64,000 bases of DNA from Synechococcales cyanobacterium VAR_4_metabat_354 (lineage in GTDB: Bacteria; Cyanobacteriota; Cyanobacteriia; Cyanobacteriales; Chamaesiphonaceae). Within the stretch, counting starts at the first letter, position 1; each line of letters opens with the position of its first letter. The notes beneath the pieces are model-generated. The model searched no databases. It was not told where the DNA came from and saw nothing but the letters and a program-made list of their open reading frames with translations. The translations under genes and the position numbers were made by a program. The stretch spans positions 128,001-192,000 of the forward strand of contig JANOQI010000041.1 in the NCBI GenBank assembly GCA_031414775.1. Reading direction: 5' to 3'. Positions 1 to 8,561 of the stretch are shown here, piece after piece.

Positions 1-1022
1 ATTTCGATTGTCTTGCCATTGGAAGCCGTCACAATATCGCCTGGATGGATGGCTTTGCCGCTGATCATATTTTCAGCTACGGCACTAATGAAATGCACTT
101 CCACATCTGGTTGCAGCTGACCAATTACTGCAGCGGCTCCAAAAGTGGCAGCGGCACCACCCATATCCATTTTCATGGTTTCGATGCCAGCCCCCTTAAT
201 ATTTAAACCACCGGAATCAAACGTTACACCTTTACCGACGATTGCCAATTTCTTCCGGGTAGTTCCGGCTGGCTTATAAATAAGATGAATAAACTTAGGC
301 GGGATATCAGAAGCCTGGGAAACACACAAGAAAGCACCCATTCCCAGTTTTTCGCAATCGGCTTTTTCTAAGATCTTTAGCTCCATCCCATATTTTTTGG
401 CGATGGTTTGGGCAGTTTCAGCCATGCTAGTGGGAGTGACGTAGTTAGCCGGAGCTGCTACTAGTTCCCGCGCCAGAATTACACCGGCAGCCACAGCTTG
501 TGCTTTGGATATGGCAGCCTCTTGGCCAGCTAATTCCAGCAGTTGAACCTCGGTCAGTTTTCTGGGAGTGCTGGCTTTATCATCAGATTTCTCGGATTTG
601 AAGCGTTTGTCTTCGTGCAAGGCTAATAATAATCCTTCGCTGACTGTTTGAGCTACCAGATCGGCGGCAACCGAACTATCTGGCAAACTAATGCCCAGGG
701 TTTCACACTTTTCTTTCTGGGCGACGCGAGCGATCGCGGCAGCAGCACGTCGATATTGATCGGTGCTGGGTGCGGTGTTTTTGCCCAAGCCCACTAAGAT
801 TAGTTTTTTGATGCTGGCTCCATTGCTCACTCGGGTCACGACGGTGCTAGCGGCTGCTCCTTTAAATTCGGCTTCATCAATAATTTCTTGGATGATGCCT
901 TGCAACTGGGTGTTGAGGGTGAGGAGATCCCCAGTAATATTGACGTTATCTTCCCAAAAGCCGATCGCCAAACCATCACCATGCCATTCTAAAAGTGAGG
1001 TTGCAGTAGTCTTAATATCCAT
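1..1022 (-). CDS. pepA: Leucyl aminopeptidase (M17), 3' end runs off the window
   Basis: Manual translation from ATG at 1022: [25 protein letters not shown]... includes [24 protein letters not shown] and [15 protein letters not shown] (M17 metal-binding motifs). Not in the ORF track because it is truncated. Confidence 0.95.
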   Translation of the reverse strand, partial: MDIKTTATSLLEWHGDGLAIGFWEDNVNITGDLLTLNTQLQGIIQEIIDEAEFKGAAASTVVTRVSNGASIKKLILVGLGKNTAPSTDQYRRAAAAIARVAQKEKCETLGISLPDSSVAADLVAQTVSEGLLLALHEDKRFKSEKSDDKASTPRKLTEVQLLELAGQEAAISKAQAVAAGVILARELVAAPANYVTPTSMAETAQTIAKKYGMELKILEKADCEKLGMGAFLCVSQASDIPPKFIHLIYKPAGTTRKKLAIVGKGVTFDSGGLNIKGAGIETMKMDMGGAAATFGAAAVIGQLQPDVEVHFISAVAENMISGKAIHPGDIVTASNGKTIE

Positions 1023-1096
1023 TAACTATTTCTCTACGTAACGTTCTTAGGGACATTATGGAGGGTTTTTGAGGATTTTAACCACCGCAATGGAAT

Positions 1097-2359
1097 CTAG
1101 TAATCACTTTTGCGTTTAGAAAATAGCCGGAAATACATCGATCGACATCCCTCCGCCACTGGCAAAAAGATATATGTTAGCGGATTAATAGTGACAATAA
1201 TGTTGCGGACATCCCGCTGCGCTAGTGCCACAATTGCCCCAGCCACCCAATCCGCCGACATCACGCCGATCGGATTCAAATTGCTCTTAAATGGTCCTAA
1301 AACCAACTTACGAATCACACAGGGTGCATCTAAGCGGCGCAGCGTAATTAGCTCACCCAAGGTGCGCTTTGATAATTCATACAAGGGGCTAAACGCTGGA
1401 TTCACTTCTGCTTCGGAAGTATTGATCCACAACTCCTTCAGCGCTTTGTGCCGTGATTCTGTCACTGTATCTAGAAACAGATTCATCAACCGCCAAGCCG
1501 AAAAAGTATTAACCTCAAAGGATCGCTCTACGGCAGCTGGATCGCGATCGCTATTTACGTTCAAGCCGTGATTAATAATTAGAATATCTACTTTTTGCAA
1601 TCGATCGCGTAATTCTTGCTCCGCGCCCAAATACCACTGCAATACTTCAATATTGGTACCCAAATCCTCAAACTGTGCCTGGGGCGAGGTGGTTAGCGCA
1701 ATTACCCGCGCCCCCTTACTAGCTAACTTGGCAATGAGCGATCGACCTAAAGTGCCCGAAGCCCCAGTCACTGCTACCGATTTACCTTTCAGCGATAGAC
1801 TGGTACCCATGATTTTATCGACCAGCGTAAAGGTTCCGCAATAGTAGGCATTAGCATAGTCAAAATGATGCCGCCAATGATAAGTACGATTTACCATCCA
1901 CTGGGCAGGTAAAGTAACCAAATCACCGGGTTTGTGAGTTAAATCGGTCTTTAATAACCAGCCCTGCGATCTGGCCACACTGGTCGTTAAAAAACTCGCT
2001 GAGTATAAGCAACCCAGCCACAAGGTCAATCCCTGACTAGTGTATTGTCCCCAAGCCGCGACTAATGCTGTGACTGTCACCATTGCCAATGCTTCTGGCA
2101 CATCATTGTGCTTTTGCGCTTGCCGATATAAATCTAAACTGACAATGCTGAGGTCGGGACGGTAAGCTTTGTGGTGTAGGGCGTGCCCAGCCTGTAAAGG
2201 TGCCCAATAGTGACCGGCCAGATGATACAAGTCACGCACTACTTCTGCCACCAGCACCGCTGCTACTGCTAATCCCAATTGCCACGCTAGGGGCGAACTG
2301 ATCGCATAGATATTCCCAAATATTCCAGATAAATCAGACAATTCCATATTTTCGGTCAA
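1097..2359 (-). CDS. Bifunctional sterol desaturase-like / short-chain dehydrogenase
   Basis: N-terminal His boxes (HLAGH, HALHH, HWRHH) plus a C-terminal SDR (TGASGTLG, YELSK). Real start may be the ATG at 2347. Confidence 0.88.
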   Translation of the reverse strand: MTENMELSDLSGIFGNIYAISSPLAWQLGLAVAAVLVAEVVRDLYHLAGHYWAPLQAGHALHHKAYRPDLSIVSLDLYRQAQKHNDVPEALAMVTVTALVAAWGQYTSQGLTLWLGCLYSASFLTTSVARSQGWLLKTDLTHKPGDLVTLPAQWMVNRTYHWRHHFDYANAYYCGTFTLVDKIMGTSLSLKGKSVAVTGASGTLGRSLIAKLASKGARVIALTTSPQAQFEDLGTNIEVLQWYLGAEQELRDRLQKVDILIINHGLNVNSDRDPAAVERSFEVNTFSAWRLMNLFLDTVTESRHKALKELWINTSEAEVNPAFSPLYELSKRTLGELITLRRLDAPCVIRKLVLGPFKSNLNPIGVMSADWVAGAIVALAQRDVRNIIVTINPLTYIFLPVAEGCRSMYFRLFSKRKSDY

Positions 2360-2385
2360 GAATCATTAACTCCTCGCTGTCTATC

Positions 2386-3852
2386 TTAGCCATTTTGGGT
2401 AGCAGGCATAAATATTTCCTTTGTCCAGGTACCATGCAGACCGTAGGGTAAGTGATGCGTTAGGTGCAACTTGGCCACGACACTCAGATCGATCGCATCC
2501 AAAATCACCACATCTGTTTCATGCCGATTGCCTTCATACACCAACGTAATTAACCAGCCATCATCTTCCACTTGCGATTGGGGCTTGGCAATAAATACTG
2601 GTTCGCTGACAAAGCCAGTCGGTGCTGCCATCCAAGTCTGGCGCTCTTTGGTCGATAAATCGATCTTGGTGATGCCCTGAAGCGGCGCATTGCCAGTATC
2701 GGAATTGGCCACTCCCATAAATAGATAGCGATAATCTTGACCCACTCGATCGGGATTCACCGTTGGAAACTCACAACAGCGTGGTTCGATTAGCTCTCGC
2801 TCCACGGTGCCAGATTCAAAATCTAGCTGAAAGCGCCACAGTTGACCAGGATCGAGGGTATTGAAATCCATCTCACGGAAATCTTTATTGGGTTCTACTT
2901 CTGGAAAAGAGGCGTAACAGATGGAGTCGATCGATAGCCCTTGGTTGGTTTCGTAAGCATTGGCATGATGGAAAACAAAGCCCGCTTTAGTTTCCAAAAT
3001 TCTGACTTGTTCGCCAGTAGTTCGATCGCGCGGTATCACAATAATCTTAGTGGGCTGGTCGGCATTAAACTTCACACATTCGCCAGCTCCTTTTTGACCT
3101 AGTAAGAATGGCAGTGGATTGAAGCCCACCGGATTTTGGAAAAAGATGCAGTAGTTGGGTGTAATTGCAAAATCATGGATAAAGGCAAATCCCGGTACGA
3201 CGTGATCGTATTGTTTTTCAACTTGGCCAGATCGATCGAACTCATAGATTGTAATAGTGGTAGACAATCCAGTCTTTAGACCAAAATTCACCATTTTGCC
3301 AGCGGGGTCAATCCGGGGATGCGCCGCAAAAGCCCCCCCCGGCGGTAGCAAACCATCCAAATTATCGAGTCCGATCGTTTCCAAATTCTCGGGGTTTAAG
3401 CGATGGGGTTCAGCTGCTTCCCACAACGCCAACAGCTTACCGCCCCAATAAATAACCTGAGTGTTAGCAATATTCTTGAGCTTGACATCAAAAATATTGG
3501 CCAACCAGCCCCCGGCCTTGGCTGTCCCAAATACCCCCCGATACAAGAACTTATTCGCTTCTTGCTCGGCTACATAGCCCGCTGTGCGCACATAGCGGTT
3601 CTGAAAATAAGCTTGACCATCTTGGAAAGCGATCGAACAAATCATGCCGTCCCCATCAAAAGGATGCCGTACCGATATGCCATTAATATCCAACATGGCT
3701 GGAATATTCCGAAACAGCGTACCGGCTAAATTTTGGGGGATTTCGCCAGTGATGTGATCGATCGGATAGCTATATTCATTTTTTTGGGATTGATAGCCGC
3801 CGCTCCAAGTAGATTGATCGTATGCTGGGGTGGTTTTTTCGAGATTTAGCAT
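2386..3852 (-). CDS. Carotenoid oxygenase family (apocarotenoid cleavage dioxygenase)
   Basis: HPFDGDGM, four iron-ligand His motifs (AAHPR, FIHDF, FHHAN, GLHG), CEFP and EDDGW. Confidence 0.93.
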   Translation of the reverse strand: MLNLEKTTPAYDQSTWSGGYQSQKNEYSYPIDHITGEIPQNLAGTLFRNIPAMLDINGISVRHPFDGDGMICSIAFQDGQAYFQNRYVRTAGYVAEQEANKFLYRGVFGTAKAGGWLANIFDVKLKNIANTQVIYWGGKLLALWEAAEPHRLNPENLETIGLDNLDGLLPPGGAFAAHPRIDPAGKMVNFGLKTGLSTTITIYEFDRSGQVEKQYDHVVPGFAFIHDFAITPNYCIFFQNPVGFNPLPFLLGQKGAGECVKFNADQPTKIIVIPRDRTTGEQVRILETKAGFVFHHANAYETNQGLSIDSICYASFPEVEPNKDFREMDFNTLDPGQLWRFQLDFESGTVERELIEPRCCEFPTVNPDRVGQDYRYLFMGVANSDTGNAPLQGITKIDLSTKERQTWMAAPTGFVSEPVFIAKPQSQVEDDGWLITLVYEGNRHETDVVILDAIDLSVVAKLHLTHHLPYGLHGTWTKEIFMPATQNG

Positions 3853-5327
3853 GAGGTATTTTTAGAGTCAGTGTCTAGTTGAACTAATTCGGGCAGGATA
3901 GTGGGAAAAGATTGGCAACCAGTCAATGAGGATGATTGGTGCTCCAGCACACTAGCTGGGGGAATAGCCGGCATGGTGGCTTGGGGATCACTGTCTGGTA
4001 GCCACTTGAGAAATATCAGTGGTAGCATCCCGCCCAAATTTGTGATGGTCACCAGTAACCATAATTGGTCGAAGTTGTTTTCGGTAATACCCAAAAAGTG
4101 GGTGAGCAGGGCACCACCTTCTTGAGAGACTAAACCAGCCAGATTAAACACCGACATCAGAATGGCAAATAGGGTGGCCTCAATGCCGGGGGGACATAGT
4201 CGCGCTGCCAATACCAAAACCGGCATAAAGGTAATCTGCCCCATCACCGTCAGAATCAGACTATCACCCAGACTAAACCAGTGATCATCAATGCCCAACG
4301 TGCGATTGGTATGGGTAACTAACAGCAAAGTGGTTAGACCAAACAGCGAAGAAATTACTGTAGCCCAACCAAAAATGGTGCGGAAGGGTACTGCTTTGAG
4401 GTAGCGATGAAAAATCCACGCCCCGATCAAGGCCGCTAAACTGCTCACCAACCGAATCCGGCCTAAGAATTCGGGGGTAAAGCCCAATTCATTAGTAGCA
4501 AAATAAAAGAAAGAGGAATCACCAGTGGGGGTACATTGCCACAGAAACAAAAACAACAATGGCAGCCAGATCGATTTTTGTTTGAGCGCTTGCCAGACCT
4601 GACTAACTTGTTGCTGGGCGGCCAAGCCAGTCGATGCTTTGCCCACTATCGGTTGTTCATCGATCAAGAAAGCCACCCCTGATACCAACAGCGGAAATAT
4701 TGCGGTCACAGCGAAAACAGTTTGGGGGCTAAAGTTACTCAACAAGAGGCCACTGGCATAGGCGGTTAACAAACCACCCAGAGCCGCAGCGGCCCAGCAC
4801 AAAGACTGCAACGAACCGGAATTGCTGATGGATTCGTTGCGGGCGCGCTCCACGATTAGTGAATCGACCAAGACATCACTAAAAGCTACGGAAAGCGAAG
4901 TCGTAGCGATCGCGCAGGTAGCTGCCAGTGGCGTATGGACAACCGTAGCCAAGCTGATCCAAGCCGCCGATCCCAGCAGCCCTGACAAAATCAGGTACGA
5001 TCGACGGCGATAGCCGAAAATTGGTAAGCCATCTGACACAAAACCGAAAATTGGTTTAATTACCCAAGGTAAGGCGGCTACTCCCATCAGGGCGGCAACT
5101 TCTGCTGGAGCTAGCCCCAGCTGGTCTTTCAAAAAAAAACTAACAGCTAGTTTGGCCAGACCCAAAATCCCCTGCACGGCATAAACCATCAAGATGGCTA
5201 ACAGTTCTGGGGTTGGCTCCTGTCCAAACAGCAGCTTGCTCCATCCAGAAGGTGGCAAGCTGGATGACTTAACCAGTCTCAAATTTCCAGGGGTATTCTC
5301 TGCGGGATTGGAGGCCGAACTGGGCAT
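3846..5327 (-). CDS. Folate/biopterin transporter (BT1 family, MFS)
   Basis: [25 protein letters not shown] and [12 protein letters not shown] motifs, many TM helices. Start set at ATG 5327; the ORF is open to 5396. Stop overlaps the oxygenase start. Confidence 0.9.
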   Translation of the reverse strand: [493 protein letters not shown]

Positions 5328-5676
5328 TGTGAATATATGTTTCGATTTGTCTACTATTGTGGCATCATTCTCCCGATAAAAGTGGTACGTCGGCAACTTT
5401 CTCGACTTCTACTTCCAGAACATTTACCAAGGCTAAATTACAACCACTATCACAGTAGCTCTCTCTCTATTGACACCGATTGTGAACCAATAACTCATCC
5501 ACTGGAGAGAAAGAGATTTATAGACCGAGCTGGTAAGTTTCTGAAGAGGCCAGTGATAATTCGGCGGTGTCTCTAAAATAGTTGGGAACTGCTGGGCAGC
5601 GGATAGCGGATGAGTTGCCAGCGAACCGAAATAAAGGCTAAATCTCAAGTTTTTGATTTGGAGAGAACCTAACCTA

Positions 5677-6063
5677 ATGCGAAAACAGCGTTCACAGCAA
5701 GGCTTGTTTGATAGACTCGCCCATAAAACCTCTGAAGCCGTCGGCTCTCCGCTCGCTTCCATCTCGGCAATGGCTGTAATTATTATTTGGGTAATCACCG
5801 GGCCAATGTTCCAGTTTTCTGACACTTGGCAGCTGGTGATCAACACTGGCACAACAATCGTGACGTTTTTAATGGTTTTCTTAATCCAAAACTCCCAAAA
5901 CCGCGATGCTAAGGCGGTTCAGATCAAACTTGATGAATTGATTCGATCGATCGATTCAGCCCGGAATGAAATTATTGATGTGGAAGACTCCTCCCAGGAA
6001 GAACTTGAAAAACTACAGGAAGATTTTTCTGAATTAGGCAGTAATTTTAAGAAAAAAAGCTAG
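5677..6063 (+). CDS. Low-affinity iron permease family protein (Fet4-like, short bacterial form)
   Basis: Signature FSDTWQLVINTGTTIVTFLMVFLIQNSQNRD..QIKLDELIR; ATG at 5677. Confidence 0.9.
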   Translation: MRKQRSQQGLFDRLAHKTSEAVGSPLASISAMAVIIIWVITGPMFQFSDTWQLVINTGTTIVTFLMVFLIQNSQNRDAKAVQIKLDELIRSIDSARNEIIDVEDSSQEELEKLQEDFSELGSNFKKKS

Positions 6064-6148
6064 GTTGTAAACCACCGTCATCATATCGCTAGCCAGGTCT
6101 TAACTTCTCATTTATCACCCTGCGGCTCCAGTATTGACCGCTATTCTT

Positions 6149-8560
6149 ATGCAGAAACTTATTCAAGCCGTTTTAAACAGCGACGATAAAGAAGCTTTAT
6201 CCCAGCTAATTGATACCTTGAGCACCTCTGGTAGTCACTACTTTCTGCGCAATGAAATACTACAAGCATTCGCTGATTATTGTCACCGTTCACCACAGTC
6301 TGGTCACGCGTATCACAGCTCTTCCTTGAGCCGCTTGATGCACTATACCCATGAAATGATTTTGGCGGAGGACAGTATTTGGTTGGTGCTACGTCCCTGG
6401 ATCGCCAGTCAGCAGGTGTGGCGGCTCACCCCCGACCTGACTAGCAGTTCAGAAATGACGCTGCCGGAACTCCTCGACGTGCGTGATCGCCAGGTTAATC
6501 GCTATCAGCGCCACATTCTCAACATCGATTTTCAACCTTTTAATCAAGGGTCTCCACTAATTGACGACCCTAGAAATATTGGCCAGGGTTTAGCATTTCT
6601 TAATAACTATCTGTGTAACAAGCTACTGACCGAATTTCACTACTGGATAGAGGCTCTGTTTAATGCCTTGCATGTGCTCACAGAGGAGGGGGTGCAGCTA
6701 CTGATTAACGATCGCATTCAATCCGGTGTCGAGCTGGCCCAACAGGTTAAACAGGTTCTCAGGTTTTTAGGCAATTATGCTGCGAATTACCCCTACGAAA
6801 AAGTCCATCTCGATTTGCAAACCCTTGGCTTTGAACCAGGTTGGGGCAATACGGTGGGGCGGGCGCGGGAAACCTTAGAACTACTAAATCGTCTGATCGA
6901 AGATCCCGAACCGGCTATTTTGGCAACTTTTGTGGCGCGCGTGCCAGCTGTTTTTCGGGTGGTGCTAGTTTCGATCCATGGTTGGATGGGTCAAGAAAGC
7001 GTATTGGGACGACCAGAAACCCGCAGTCAGGTTGTCTATGTGTTGGAACAAGCGCGGAGTTTGGAAAAGCAACTCCGCGCCGACATTCAGCAGTCTGGTC
7101 TGGATTTGCTAGGCATTCAACCGCAAGTGGTTATTTTGACCCGCTTGATTCCGAACTGTGGCGAAACTCAATGCGAGCTGCCCTGGGAAAAGGTGGATGA
7201 CACTGACTATACCTGGATTCTGCGGGTACCTTTCCAGGAGTTTAACCCGGCCATCACTCAGAACTGGATTTCTCGGTTTGAGATTTGGCCCTACCTCGAA
7301 AGTTTTGCGGTGGATGCCGAACGGGAGCTGCTAGCCAGACTGGGCGGCAGACCAAACCTAATTATCGGCAACTATAGTGACGGCAACCTAGTGGCTTCTC
7401 TACTAGCACATCGTCTCCAGGCCATCCAGTGCAACATTGCTCATTCGCTAGAAAAGCCGAAATATCTGTTTAGTAACCTTTACTGGCAAGACTTAGAAAA
7501 GCAGTATCATTTTTCAGCCCAATTTACTGCTGATCTAATTAGTATGAATGCTGCTGACTTTATCATTACATCGTCCTATCAAGAAATTATGGGGACATCA
7601 GAGATAATTGGTCAGTACGAATCTTATAAGTGCTTTACGATGCCCAATTTGTACCATGTCATTGATGGCATTGACTTGTTTAGCCCCAAGTTCAACCGGG
7701 TGCCCCCCGGTGTGGATGAGCAAATATTCTTTGCTGACAGTCAGATTAAGCATCCAGATGCAGAAGAGTTTGCCCGCCTTCAATCCTTGATATTTGAGCA
7801 GGAAGACGAGCATATTTCCGGTCATTTAGATCGGCCTGAAAAATGTCCGATCCTGGCCGTTGCGCCGATTGATGCCATCAAAAACCTGACTGGACTGGTG
7901 GAATGTTTTGGTCGCAGCCCAGAATTGCAGGCGCGCTGTAACCTGATTTTACTCACTAATGCTCTGGAAGTAGCGGATGCCGTCAACACCAACGAAGCTA
8001 ACGAGATTACTAAGCTACACACCCTGATTGACCAGTACGGTCTTCAAGGGCACATCCGTTGGTTGGGGGTGCGACTGCCTGCTCATGATCTCGGTGCTGT
8101 CTATCGATCGATCGCTGCTCGCCAGGGAATTTTTGTCCACTTTGCCCTATTTGAAGCCTTTGGCCGCACGATCCTAGAAGCGATGGCTTCGGGGCTACCC
8201 ACCTTTGCCACTCAATTTGGTGGTGCTTTAGAAATTATCCAAGATGGTATCAATGGTTTTCATATCAATCCCACTGATTTCAACAGTACAGCGGAGAAAA
8301 TCCTGAATTTTCTGCATCAATGTGAAATCCAACCCGAATACTGGCATACGATTTCCGATCGAGCCATTCAACATATTCAAGAGCAATACAATTGGTCAGC
8401 TCACGCCCAACAAGTCCTGTTGCTCACTAAGGTTTACAGCTTTTGGAACTACATTGATGTCGATGGACGTGACGCACTGCAAAGTTACTTGGAAGCCCTC
8501 TTCTATCTTCTCTATAAACCCCGCGCAGAGCAAATTCTAGCAGAACATCTGCAACTGTAA
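6149..8560 (+). CDS. susB: Sucrose synthase, SusB-like (GT4)
   Basis: GFEPGWG, WISRFEIWPYLE, GNYSDGNLVA, AHSLEK, HFSAQFTADLISMN and EAFGRTILE (EX7E). ATG 6149; TTG 6134 is an alternative start. Confidence 0.88.
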   Translation: MQKLIQAVLNSDDKEALSQLIDTLSTSGSHYFLRNEILQAFADYCHRSPQSGHAYHSSSLSRLMHYTHEMILAEDSIWLVLRPWIASQQVWRLTPDLTSSSEMTLPELLDVRDRQVNRYQRHILNIDFQPFNQGSPLIDDPRNIGQGLAFLNNYLCNKLLTEFHYWIEALFNALHVLTEEGVQLLINDRIQSGVELAQQVKQVLRFLGNYAANYPYEKVHLDLQTLGFEPGWGNTVGRARETLELLNRLIEDPEPAILATFVARVPAVFRVVLVSIHGWMGQESVLGRPETRSQVVYVLEQARSLEKQLRADIQQSGLDLLGIQPQVVILTRLIPNCGETQCELPWEKVDDTDYTWILRVPFQEFNPAITQNWISRFEIWPYLESFAVDAERELLARLGGRPNLIIGNYSDGNLVASLLAHRLQAIQCNIAHSLEKPKYLFSNLYWQDLEKQYHFSAQFTADLISMNAADFIITSSYQEIMGTSEIIGQYESYKCFTMPNLYHVIDGIDLFSPKFNRVPPGVDEQIFFADSQIKHPDAEEFARLQSLIFEQEDEHISGHLDRPEKCPILAVAPIDAIKNLTGLVECFGRSPELQARCNLILLTNALEVADAVNTNEANEITKLHTLIDQYGLQGHIRWLGVRLPAHDLGAVYRSIAARQGIFVHFALFEAFGRTILEAMASGLPTFATQFGGALEIIQDGINGFHINPTDFNSTAEKILNFLHQCEIQPEYWHTISDRAIQHIQEQYNWSAHAQQVLLLTKVYSFWNYIDVDGRDALQSYLEALFYLLYKPRAEQILAEHLQL

Positions 8561-8561
8561 A

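Noticed and set aside
3333..3340. C8 run in the carotenoid oxygenase gene
   Set aside because: In frame (Gly-Gly-Ala codons on the minus strand); ORF intact.
5433..5852. 139-aa minus-strand ORF and the many other short antisense or nested ORFs in the track
   Set aside because: Shadows of well-supported genes on the other strand or frame.
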